DNA from: Obrimoposthia wandeli
Lineage: Eukaryota
DNA: 64,000 nt
Direction: 5' to 3'
Assembly (NCBI GenBank): GCA_977020255.1
Contig: CDROCS010002694.1
Location: 620,001-684,000, forward strand
Under the pieces are notes generated by a model, which did not search any database, was not told the DNA's origin, and saw nothing but the letters and a program-made list of their open reading frames with translations. The position numbers and the translations under genes were made by a program. Numbering within the stretch: the first letter of the stretch is position 1; each line of letters begins with the position of its first letter. Shown piece after piece: positions 1 through 10,039 of the stretch.

Positions 1-128
1 GCGAAAATAACTACAGTATCACTTTACCTCTCACAACTACAAATGTAAACGACCCGTGTCATACCCTAACATTTACCACGTGCCCCTTCGGGGCGGGCTT
101 CATTCTTGATCTACAGGCACGAAAAACA
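1..128 (+). repeat. Left subterminal region of element A, homologous (inverted) to element B ~22930-23092
   Basis: GCGAAAATAACTACA at 1 is the reverse complement of TGTAGTTATTTTCGC near 23078-23092. GCTTCATTCTTGA.CT.CAGGCAC matches the reverse complement of ~22950-22972. Confidence 0.8.
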
Positions 129-198
129 GCGGTCAGATCTATATAATTTAAAGGAGAAAAAACAAAATACGAGACAAAATTATTTTTCTAAATATTTA

Positions 199-603
199 TT
201 AAACATAAAACAACATATTGGCTTCACTCAAAGTCCAAAGAGGCTGCATTTCCCCGTCATCAGCAAAATATCCATTGAGACGTATTGAGATATTCCATAG
301 TTCTTCATCTAGAATTGGAGCAATCAAATATCCTAGATCATCTTTAAAATCAAGACTGGGATCAGTTTCAAGCTCGAAACAATTTCCTTCATATACATAA
401 TCAGGAATGTAAAATCCCAAAATATTTTTCAGTTGATCAAAATCAGTTGTTGTTAAAATTTCGATGAGATATTTTTTTTCCACTTTTGATATTTTCACAG
501 GATTCATAACTCGTATAATTTGATGCCTCTTTAATATATTACATAGTTTTCCTTTTGAAATTCTTTCTGGATAATAAAAATTTGCTACACATCTCTTATC
601 CAT
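199..603 (-). CDS. Polinton hypothetical protein (134 aa, MDKRCV...), left copy; carries the W-x-I-x-IRLxGY..PxW motif
   Basis: Open ORF, nearly identical to 15236-15640. TATAAACAT starts 37 nt before this ATG, favouring 603 over 651 as the start. Confidence 0.75.
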   Translation of the reverse strand: MDKRCVANFYYPERISKGKLCNILKRHQIIRVMNPVKISKVEKKYLIEILTTTDFDQLKNILGFYIPDYVYEGNCFELETDPSLDFKDDLGYLIAPILDEELWNISIRLNGYFADDGEMQPLWTLSEANMLFYV

Positions 604-737
604 TCTAAAATAAGGAAACTGATTAAAAACAATGTTTATAAAAAAATACATATAAGATACAAATAAAATACAAATAAAACTGATTATTAAATGAAAGAAA
701 CATAGTAAAACCGATTACAATTTATTACACACAAAAG

Positions 738-1271
738 TTAAGACATAGAAATATGAGCACGTTCAATTTTCCACATAGGCAACTTTGTTCCCATTTCATC
801 TTTCTTGTAACCATAAAGTCGAATTGTTACAGTCCATTGCTTCTTTTTCGGAAACGCATCAATATCAACATATCTTCCATAGTCATCTAGAAATGCTTCA
901 TCGGTTCCTCGGATATAAAATTCGTTCTTATTGAAAATAAAATTCGGAACTGCCTTTTCTATTTTCTGTTTAAGATATTGAAAATCTGGTTTTTGAATAC
1001 CTGATAGATAGTAGCTGAACTTTCTTCTTTCAATTGTCACAGGATTTATTAAAGCAATCAGTTGAGCCTTCTTCAAGAATCTGACTTTGTATTTGAAATA
1101 TTGTTTCACTTCTTCATACATATCCTTATCCGATTCTTCAACATTTCTTCGTCATCGCTTAATACCCGCTGGCTATCGTCCATCGTTGATAATTGTCTTT
1201 GATATGAATGCATTTACTGGGATTTGTCCTCCAATGGCGCATTCTTTTATACTAATTTCTAACAAAGACAT
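738..1271 (-). pseudogene. Polinton hypothetical protein (~177 aa, MSLLEISIKE...), left copy; two in-frame stops near the N-terminus
   Basis: ATG 1271 is in frame with the 738-1121 ORF. Inverted copy at 14363-15101. CCAAT boxes upstream. Confidence 0.7.
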
Positions 1272-1444
1272 GAATCTCATTGGTTAATATAACTAAAGCA
1301 TTGAATTTGATTGGACTATTTTTTTTTCTACCCCCCTCACCCAACACTCAAAAAACTAATTAACCCCATATAACACCCTTTAAAATTGAAAATCTCATAA
1401 TGCTCCCAAAAATGTGAGGAAGGTCCTGGGAGGCCGTTTTAGAT

Positions 1445-1783
1445 TTGCTAGGGCAACAGGATGCCGTCTCACGCCAGGTTCAGCGTGAGAAGGAGGAGAA
1501 ACAGAAGAAAGCTCCGCGGAAGAGGAAGGCTACTGCTTCTATGTCGGGGCCATCAACATCGGCTGCACCTCCTCCCAAAAAGTTGCGGCAACTATTGCCA
1601 AAACCTGAGGGAAGGACAATTGCTACAAAGCAACCGGTGAAGCCGAAAAAGAAACCGGGCCGGCCAAAGAAGAAAGAACCAGTACCGCTTTCTCCTATAA
1701 TACTTAGTCGGAGGGATTTCGACCCGGATGATCCCAATGATGACTTCGTAAAGATGTTTAAAAATATAATTTATAAACATTAG
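1445..1783 (+). pseudogene. 3' remnant of the terminal AT-hook-like gene (KKPGRPKKK)
   Basis: Near-identical to the C-terminal ~110 aa of ORF 21028-21672(-). Homology starts abruptly at ~1451. Confidence 0.8.
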
Positions 1784-2063
1784 TTTCATATGTTTTATTG
1801 TTAATATTTATTTAAATATCATATTTAAGTTAATTAAAATATCAACATGAAAAAAATATTTAATTTTTTCGCCTGTGATTGGACTAATAAGGAATCATTG
1901 AAATATTTTTAGGTTTAAATATAAATGCAATGATTAGTTATAGATTTATTAAACTTTCATTTGATACATAAAAATATATCATTTCATTGCTTGTGATTGG
2001 ATTAGAAATGTCTTAAATTTATATATATAGGTTCAAATTTATTAACTTCTTCATAATTAAAAA

Positions 2064-2396
2064 ATGGAATTCATTAAATTGCAAAGCTTGGTAGCAAAGA
2101 TAGAAGCAAACATCAAAATAAATTAGAAGAAAGGGGACTTAAGAAAGAGGGTCCTCAATCAAAATTTGTATGCTGCTGTCGTGACCGAGTGGAATCGCCG
2201 GGTGGAGATACAGGATAGGAGACTAGCAGAACGACGTCGAATCGTGGAGTGGAATAAGAAGATCGAATTGGAAAAAAGGAAGGTGGATGAAAAAAGAAGA
2301 GAAGATATGGAGGATATTCGGAGGCAAGCAAGAAAAAGAATCCTCCAAATTAAACCGGAAGAGGTCCGTCTACAAAAAAATAAATTTTTTGATTAA
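2064..2396 (+). pseudogene. Charged coiled-coil protein (110 aa, MEFIKLQSL...), one in-frame stop
   Basis: ATG 2064 is in frame with ORF 2166-2396. Homolog in element B at ~20480-20809(-). Confidence 0.7.
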
Positions 2397-2478
2397 TTAT
2401 TTGTCTTTATTGATTAGGTTACATAATTGTCTAAATATTTTACATAATTGTCTAAATATTTTACATAAGCATACTAAA

Positions 2479-2487
2479 TATAAACAA
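2479..2487 (+). promoter_or_regulatory. TATAAACAA motif, 33 nt before ATG 2512
   Basis: Recurrent element-wide motif; conserved in B (20434-20442). Confidence 0.65.
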
Positions 2488-2511
2488 ATTTATATATAAT
2501 GTTTTTGTAAA

Positions 2512-2715
2512 ATGGATAATAAAATTTGGAATAAATTATACATTAAATTATCTCCAGATTTAATGGAAGATTATAAAGAAAATTACTTTTCAGAAAATGA
2601 TACCGAGGAAATTGTTGGATATAAATTATGTAATTTAATTTCGAAATATTTAGGTATGTTTACATTTAATATAATTTAGAGAAATGACAATATATACCAA
2701 TCTTAACATGAAAGA
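2512..2715 (+). pseudogene. Small hypothetical protein (MDNKIWNKLY...); intron acceptor region partly deleted relative to B
   Basis: Homolog of the spliced B gene 20186-20408. Confidence 0.55.
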
Positions 2716-2756
2716 CTGAATACTTTGTTATTTTAATAAATTTTTGATTTTTTCGT

Positions 2757-2765
2757 TATAAACAA
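2757..2765 (+). promoter_or_regulatory. TATAAACAA motif, 36 nt before ATG 2793
   Basis: Conserved in B (20132-20140). Confidence 0.65.
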
Positions 2766-2792
2766 CGGGATTTGCTGCAAATTTAGATAATT

Positions 2793-3279
2793 ATGCAGGA
2801 ATATATCATAGATTTTGAGGCTTTCATTAACAAAAATGGTGATTATATTATAAAAGAATTATGTATTATGGATGTATGCGACGTTTTTTATCCTTTGCAT
2901 TTCATATTTCAAATAGATATCCCGTTTAAAAGTTTAGATTATAAGAAAAAATTTACTAATTTATATAACTAATTATTTTCATTTATTAAAATGGAAAGAA
3001 GGACAAAAGGCTTTTTGTGAAATATGTATTTTCGATACAATAACATCTAATTTTGATATAGAAAATGGAATTTTTTATGTTTTAGATGAAATGGATGGCA
3101 AAAAATATAAGACTTTAAAAAAATATTTTCCCAAATTGAGGTTGAATACTTTAAATATTTCACCTGATCATCTATTAAAAATTCAACAAAATATTTGCTG
3201 TCCATATCGTAATCATGGTGACCATTGCGCATATAAAAAATGTTTAAGTCTTTCTTATTATTACTTGACATGTAGATAA
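2793..3279 (+). pseudogene. DEDD/DnaQ-fold-like protein with C-terminal Cys/His motif (~162 aa), one frameshift
   Basis: IIDFEAF..IIKEL resembles an ExoI motif; C-terminal CCPYRNHGDHCAYKKC; frameshift near 2965. Homolog in B at 19646-20104. Confidence 0.55.
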
Positions 3280-3508
3280 ACAATTCTTCTAATTGGAGAA
3301 ATTCATTATTAAAATTTTACAACTAATTACAAATAAGCCTTTTGATTGGAGGAATAAAAATATTTTTTTAAACCAATAACAGATGAACAGTCCTTCTCAG
3401 TGGAGGGATAAATTCAATTTTTAATCCAATATGAAAAGAGCATGTGTGCATAAATTTTAGTATATAAGCAAACACTTTCTTCATTTAAATCCCCGACAAT
3501 TTGAAATA

Positions 3509-4230
3509 ATGACTATGGTAAGAATCTATACTTATTATTTCCTTATTAATATTTATTATTTCAGATTACTTGTATCCTGTTTCCAGCATATTGTGGTGCT
3601 TCGGCTCCGCATGGAGGAGAGACCTGCATGGAGATAATGTCCGCCTTCTATCGGACAAAGTCTCGCGGGCTTCACTTCTTCGTCTGCCCCTTCTGCAGAA
3701 CAATGGAGGAGAAGGAGTTTCGAGACTTCTTCGGTGAACATCAAGCTCATCTATCCTGTTTCACGGCCAACAACAAGAAGAGAGATATCGTGCAATTGGT
3801 GCGCGATTCGCAGGCCGCTCCAGCTCCAGCTCCAATTCCAGTTGCAGTCGATCAACCCTTTTACGGTCCTGCCATTGGTCCTTCTGTCCCGGCTCCTGAT
3901 TCTGTTGCTGCCCCATCCACTCAAATGACTAACAATGAGTGGATGAATGACATCTCCGAAGAAGATTTTGAGGAGTTGGCACCAGCAACCCAATTCTCGA
4001 ACAATGACTGGATGGAAAATATCACCCAGTCAGATTTCGAGATAGAGCAGCCTCAGTGGAGCGATAACTCCTGGTTGGAGACCATCGAGGAATCCGATTT
4101 CGTCGAGATAACGGACAACAGCTGGATGGATTCCATAAATGAAGAGGACTTCATTCCAGCTCCAGTTGGATTGCCTTCATTAGGTATTTTTTATTATTAT
4201 TTTTTAAAATTGTAATTATATATATTATTG

Positions 4231-4269
<39 letters not shown>

Positions 4270-7200
4270 TTATTCAGGAAATACCGTGATACAATCATCA
4301 TCCGCTACGACAGCTATGCCTCCCCTATTGCGAGTGCCTACATCGATGTTAGCACGCCTTAGAGGTAATAATTAAAAAAATATATATATATATTTTTTAA
4401 TATATTTATTTCAGCAGCATCAACCTCTACAACAGCCGCTTCTTCATCGGAAAGGTCAGCTTCTACCATGCCTACTCCAACTTCAAATGCAGCCTCTACA
4501 ACTGCCACTGTCTCATCATCTGCAGCAGCATCTATTACAGCAGCATCGTCTACACCAGCTGCGATTGCCTCAACATCGGCAGCATCACCAATAGCAGCAC
4601 CTTCAATCTCAGCTGCGTTTGTGTCAATTGTTAATATAAATAGTTGTCTTCCCGTTCAATTAGGGGGAGGTTTGTCAGCGACTGTAGGAAGAAAGAGGCG
4701 AGGCCAATTTCTTAATAAGGTCCCACCAAAAAAACGTAGAGAAAACGGTGCTACTGTAGAGTATCACCTAAATAATAAATATGTTATAGTTAAGGTGCCA
4801 TTAGGAAATGAAATTTTATTAAACGTAGGTGTAGATTCAAATATTGAAAATCTTTTAAAATCAGAAGTGACTAAATTAGGACAGGCTAAGGTTCAATTTT
4901 GCGCAACAGTGCAGTTTAAAAATGTCAATGAGGAAACTAAAACTTGGGTAATTTCACATAAAGCAACTGTTTTTTATGATAATTTTGTAACTGAAATTGG
5001 AAGAAACCTGGATGAAAAAATTGCTAATTATAGCGAGTTAAGTAGTGGATGGACTCTAGTTAGAATTCACGATGTTAGCTTTGTTCTAACAAAGTTCACT
5101 GACATGATATATCTTTCTGGGAGTTCATACATTCCTTCACCTAGATCTCTTCAACTTTCACGTTCTATTGTTAACGTACAAAAACAGTGATAACCTTTGC
5201 TTTCTGTATAGCGTGTTGGCCATCCTCAAAAGGGTTGTAATTACTGAACATAGAGAGCGTGTCAGTAAATATACCCTTTTTTAAATGAATTGCAGTATCA
5301 TGGAATAGATTTTCCTGTTAAATTAACTGCGATATCAAGATTTGAACATCTTAATAACTTGAGTATTAATGTATTCAAATATAATACTGATATCACAATT
5401 AATGTAACAGACGAAGAAATTTTAAAAAATCCTTTTGTAGATGTAATTTATAGGAGCAAAAAAGAGGGGACTCAGGTCAACTTAATTTTGCTCGAACAGT
5501 ATAATAAATTCTATTATGCTGCAATTCCCAGTTTAGATCGTCTTCTAAATTTAGATAATGGAGCCTTACCGGTTAGGATAAGGTGTAAGGGGTGTCATAG
5601 ATGTTTGCATGGATTCCGATCCGAGCTCTCTTACAGCAAACATCTGACATTATGTTCACTGAATCCTGATGACAATACGCTATATAGCATGCCTAAGGAT
5701 AAGGATTTAAAATGCAGGGGTTGGGCAAAATGCATACCCGTGGAATTCAGGGTGTATGCAGATTTTGAGTCAATTTAAGCATTGCACGACCAGTATGAGA
5801 GTATTCGCCTACCGTCTTCGGCAGGACTACTATTCTTAGGCCCCAATATTACACAGTATCATAAATTTTCCGGTACAAATTGTATTTAAGATTTTATGTT
5901 AAAATTAGAAGAATTAGGAACAACAATTGTCAAACCGTGGTATGATCTCAATGCCCATCAAGCAATGATCATGACAAGCATAAACTGGGTTAATTTTAAT
6001 TCTTTTATATTATGTTATTTGTGTGGAACCCAGTCTAAGTTAGTCAGAAATCACGATCATGTTACGGGGCGATACTTGGGAGCGGCGTGCAACCTCTGTA
6101 ACCTTGGCCGTCGTCTCCCTACAAAACCACGAATTCCCATCGTGTTTCATAACCTCAAAGGATATGATTTGCATCATATACTTAAATATGCGTTGGGTAC
6201 ATTAAGCTCTTGGGAAATTTCATGTATACCTCAAACGTCAGAGAAATATTTATCTTTAACTGCATATACTGAATTCTGCAGTTTAAGATTCATAGATTCT
6301 CTTCAGTTTATGAGCGGGTCTTTAAAAAATTTAACGGCATCTTTAAATGCATGGCCAATCACACAGTCAGTGTTCCCAGCTACGGTTAATGATAAGGGGA
6401 TTTTTCCGTATAAATTTGCGAAAACCTATGCAGATTTAGAAAATACTACAGAAATCCCACCCATAACTGAATTTGAAAGTGTAAGTCTTCAAGACTATAA
6501 TGAGGCCCGTACATTTTGGGCGAATAATTGTCGAAATCTTCTTGAATATATGCTTTATTATATGAAGTTAGACATTTATCTTTTAGCTGATGTTTTTGAG
6601 TCCTTTCGTGTAAAGTTTTTAGCAGAAGATGGGCTAGATCCCATGCATTTCTTTAGTTTACCTGGTCTTTCATGGGCAACAGCAATAAAAACTCTTAAAA
6701 TTAATATCGAGTTACTGCAAGATCCCGCGATGTATCAAATGTATGATTATGGTATACGCAGTGGAATGACTTTTGTCAACAAACATCATGTTGTCAAAAA
6801 TCAATCCACGGAGATTCTGTACATCGACATTAATAACAAACATTATGTTGTGCATTGGCGGCTTCTTCAATTCTACTTAAAGTTGGGAGCGAAAGTTACT
6901 CGAATTCATCGTGCTATAAGCTTCAGTCAAAACTTTGTGTTTAAAGACTTTATTGAGAAGAATTCTAGATAACGTAATTTGGCCACTAGCAAATTCGATC
7001 GGGATTTTACAAGTTAAAAAGTAATATCCTCTTTGGAAAAACTGTAGAGGACTTGCGGAAACGTATTTGTCTACGGTTTTGCAATGATGAGCGTAAACTA
7101 ATAACATATACTAGCAAGTACAACTTCAAGCGTAGTTTTACAATTGCAGATGACTTGGTAGCAGTGTTATTAGGAAAACAAAATATTTGACTCGATCGAC

Positions 7201-7787
7201 CGAGTTATATAGGTCAAACGGTTTTAGAAATTTCTAAACTCAGAATGTACGAGCTTCAATACATAGAATTGGAGAAATATCGACGAGAATTCAATTGTGA
7301 GATCAAAATCGCCACTGAGGACACTGACTCTTTCTTTTTAGAATGTAAAAATGTTAGTTTAAATAATCAATTATTACCGGCAATGTTTATGGACAACTTA
7401 TTAGATACCCATAAATATCCCGCTAACCATCATCTACACTCTATGAGTTTAAAGGATATTATCGGGAAATTTAAGGATGAAAGCGAAGGACAGGTTTCGT
7501 ATGATGATTGTATTTACCTACGCCCTAAATGCTACAGTTTACATGCATCTAATAATACATGTTCAATGAGAGCAAAGGGTGTGGAAAGAAACAATCTTAC
7601 ACATGAGGCCTAGCGGAAATTTTATGATACTGGGTGTATTGAAAGCGTTGAGCAAACTAGATTTATTTCAAGAGCCCATCAACTGTATTCCCATAAATCA
7701 ACAAAAATCGCTTTGAGTAGTAATGACGACAAGCGCTTTTGGGTAGAAAAGAACGCTAGCCTGGCTTATGGACACTTCCGAATTTAA
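3509..7787 (+). pseudogene. polB: Protein-primed family B DNA polymerase, spliced (exons 3509-3517, 3565-4183, 4278-4364, 4415-7787), multiple stops/frameshifts
   Basis: Endonuclease VII-like CYLC..HDHVTG..AACNLCN; FHNLKGYD; FIDS; KGIFPY; YMKLDIYLLADVFE; FYKLK..FGK; EDTDS; GKFKDE; RPKCY. Three frame-preserving GT-AG introns (47, 94, 50 nt). An in-frame deletion near 6838 removes the second half of motif A. Confidence 0.95.
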
Positions 7788-8013
7788 ACGGTTTTCATTT
7801 TTTGATTTTTTTAGTTTAGTTTTTTAAAATTTTAGATCCCTATGGCACCTTGACTCTAACTTTTTGTTATTTCAAAACATTTTTTAAGATGGACCTTATC
7901 TTTGCTGACAGATCTCATTGTGATGTTGTTTTTAATAAATGTATTAAAAAAAAATTCGTCTTATGTCTTTTATTATTTTACCCTTATATTTTTAGGGATT
8001 TTAAAAAAATAAT

Positions 8014-8433
8014 TCAAAATAAAACATTAAAAATATTTATTTTTATAACACACTTATAGTTTTGCAACGATAACCATAAAATACATAAATGTCCACAGTT
8101 TCTCGTCGCACGATCCTGATATTGTATCTTGTTGTAAAATACTCTTCTTCGTCCTTTTTGAATAGTCGAAAAAAGTTTGTGTGGATAATACATTGCAAGT
8201 GGATCAAATACATGTATTGTCCACTCTCTAACATAAATAGCTATCCAATGTTCTCCTGGTAAATTCGAAGTATGAGTATTGATAATGTATCTTCCAGATT
8301 GAAAAAATGGAATCATATCAATATGATAAACTCCATTGAATTTATCACCCAAGACCTTCTCTGCTGATTCTTGTACTTGTACTGAACTAAATAAAAATTA
8401 ATAAATATAAATTTTAAAAATGTCTTACTTCAT
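8014..8433 (-). CDS. Adenain-type (Ulp1-like) cysteine protease, spliced (exons 8433-8429 and 8386-8014)
   Basis: GEHW, VFDP and Q...NCGH catalytic motifs. A 42-nt GTAAG..TTAG intron restores the N-terminus MNSVQVQ. Confidence 0.9.
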
Positions 8434-8434
8434 T

Positions 8435-9664
8435 CTATAATATGACAGTTCTGTTTTTATTGATTTGTATTTCGGAATCAAACACTACGTAAATAAGCAC
8501 CGTAGTAGGATGTGTTAAAGCTGCATTGAACTTAATTTCTAGTCGTAAATTTCCATCCTTTGGTAGTTGGCATTGGTTTATATCAAAGTCTGGTGCCAAA
8601 ACAAATGTGAAGAAGGGGCAGCTGCTTTTAAACTCAGTAAAAGAAATACCATTGTTTATATTTTTATCTAGTTGGCCCAAATTCCGAAAAATAGATTGCG
8701 TATAAGCCAAAGCATAAGCGTTACCTTCGAAATCTGTTTTATATGTTTCGCGATAATCAGTATGTCTTGAAAGTGTCACTGAACCTACATTAAGATTGTC
8801 AAATTGAGTTGCATCTGTCGTATAATTTCCTAGAAACTTTGCAGTTTTTTGAAAAGAAATTAAAATGAATTTCGGTAATCTTACATCACCGAAAATTTTA
8901 ACCTTATTAAAAGCTTGTGTACCCGTACCTAAAGAGTAGGATATAAGTTTAGTTTCTCTAATAGGATAACAAGCATTGATTTTTTCCATTCCTATATTAT
9001 GTGCCATTAAAACTGATTGCTCGGTTTTAACTCTCCGAACATACAATTTTGCATCCAAAATATCAAATCTAGGTTTTAGAACGTCTGTGCTTATCAAAGA
9101 AAAATTCCATTTATAACGTTTCAAACGAAGATGTACATTAACACCGGGAATTAAATATTTCGGTTGTTCAAAGAAATTCAATCTCAAAGACCCACACATT
9201 TCGTAAGCTTTAGAACCCGCAATCCATTCTTTGCGAGTTGCGACCGTTTTATCATAACCAATGGTTGCCAAATTAGTATTTTGAGTATCAGTACTATAAT
9301 TCAAAAGACTTTCAATCAAAGCTTTATGAGCATAGGAAGAATTTCCACCTTCAATTTTGACATTATTAAGAGTAACAATGGCATCACTAAATAAAGAATT
9401 AAAGAGATAATTTACAGGTGTTACATCTGCATTTTCATCTAAATTAGTACCATCCCGATTTAATACTTTTATTTGAACATAAAGCAAAGTATCATTCAAA
9501 TCTAAATACTCGCTATTGGAACCATTAATATTAAATTCTAAATCGGTTAAAGTGGTTCCTGAAACTGAGTTAACTAGAAATATTTCTTCAAAGGAAACAT
9601 TATCTACAACTACTTGTGGAAGCGGTTTATCAAAAATACACAATTCAGTTTTGGCGCAACTCAT
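8435..9664 (-). CDS. Double jelly-roll major capsid protein (409 aa, intact ORF)
   Basis: N-terminal CAKTELCIF and C-terminal GNLRLEIKF..AL...TVLIY motifs typical of Polinton MCP; position between core gene and protease. Confidence 0.9.
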   Translation of the reverse strand: MSCAKTELCIFDKPLPQVVVDNVSFEEIFLVNSVSGTTLTDLEFNINGSNSEYLDLNDTLLYVQIKVLNRDGTNLDENADVTPVNYLFNSLFSDAIVTLNNVKIEGGNSSYAHKALIESLLNYSTDTQNTNLATIGYDKTVATRKEWIAGSKAYEMCGSLRLNFFEQPKYLIPGVNVHLRLKRYKWNFSLISTDVLKPRFDILDAKLYVRRVKTEQSVLMAHNIGMEKINACYPIRETKLISYSLGTGTQAFNKVKIFGDVRLPKFILISFQKTAKFLGNYTTDATQFDNLNVGSVTLSRHTDYRETYKTDFEGNAYALAYTQSIFRNLGQLDKNINNGISFTEFKSSCPFFTFVLAPDFDINQCQLPKDGNLRLEIKFNAALTHPTTVLIYVVFDSEIQINKNRTVIL

Positions 9665-10039
9665 TTTGCAAATATTGTTCCTTCAACTTTCTTACGTTTG
9701 TTTATATTGATTTTTTGCTTCTTTTTACTTTTAAATCCACTACCTCCTTGGTTTTTATTTGATTTACGTTTTCTAATCAAATTAGCAACTTCTGGTAAAA
9801 CATTATCAAGTTCATCAAGCGCATGCTTCTTAAAAGTTGGTATTAGTTTATTGAAAATTAGATGAAAGGTAGTCCTTTCCTAATTTTGATATAAACCGCC
9901 CGAGTCTCTTTAAAAGAGGAAAGGCAAATCTACATAATGTTCTAAGCCAGCCAGATCCATATTGTTTACCAACAAAATATGGTAATTCTCCACCTTGTTG
10001 GCTTTAACTATAAGCTTCAATTATTGCTGGATTCGCCAT
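9661..10039 (-). pseudogene. Small basic virion core-type protein (QQGGELPYFVGKQYGSGW...; basic tail); stop and frameshift
   Basis: Q-x-G-x-G motifs and K/R-rich C-terminus; its TGA overlaps the MCP ATG (ATGA). Confidence 0.7.
9698..9706 (-). promoter_or_regulatory. TATAAACAA motif, 42 nt before MCP ATG
   Basis: Lies inside upstream coding sequence. Confidence 0.6.

Noticed and set aside
4215-4270. (TA)n and poly-T tract
   Set aside because: Simple repeat inside pPolB intron 2.
5160-5300. Programmed frameshifting in pPolB at A/T runs
   Set aside because: Frame breaks differ between copies A and B, which fits decay or assembly indels.
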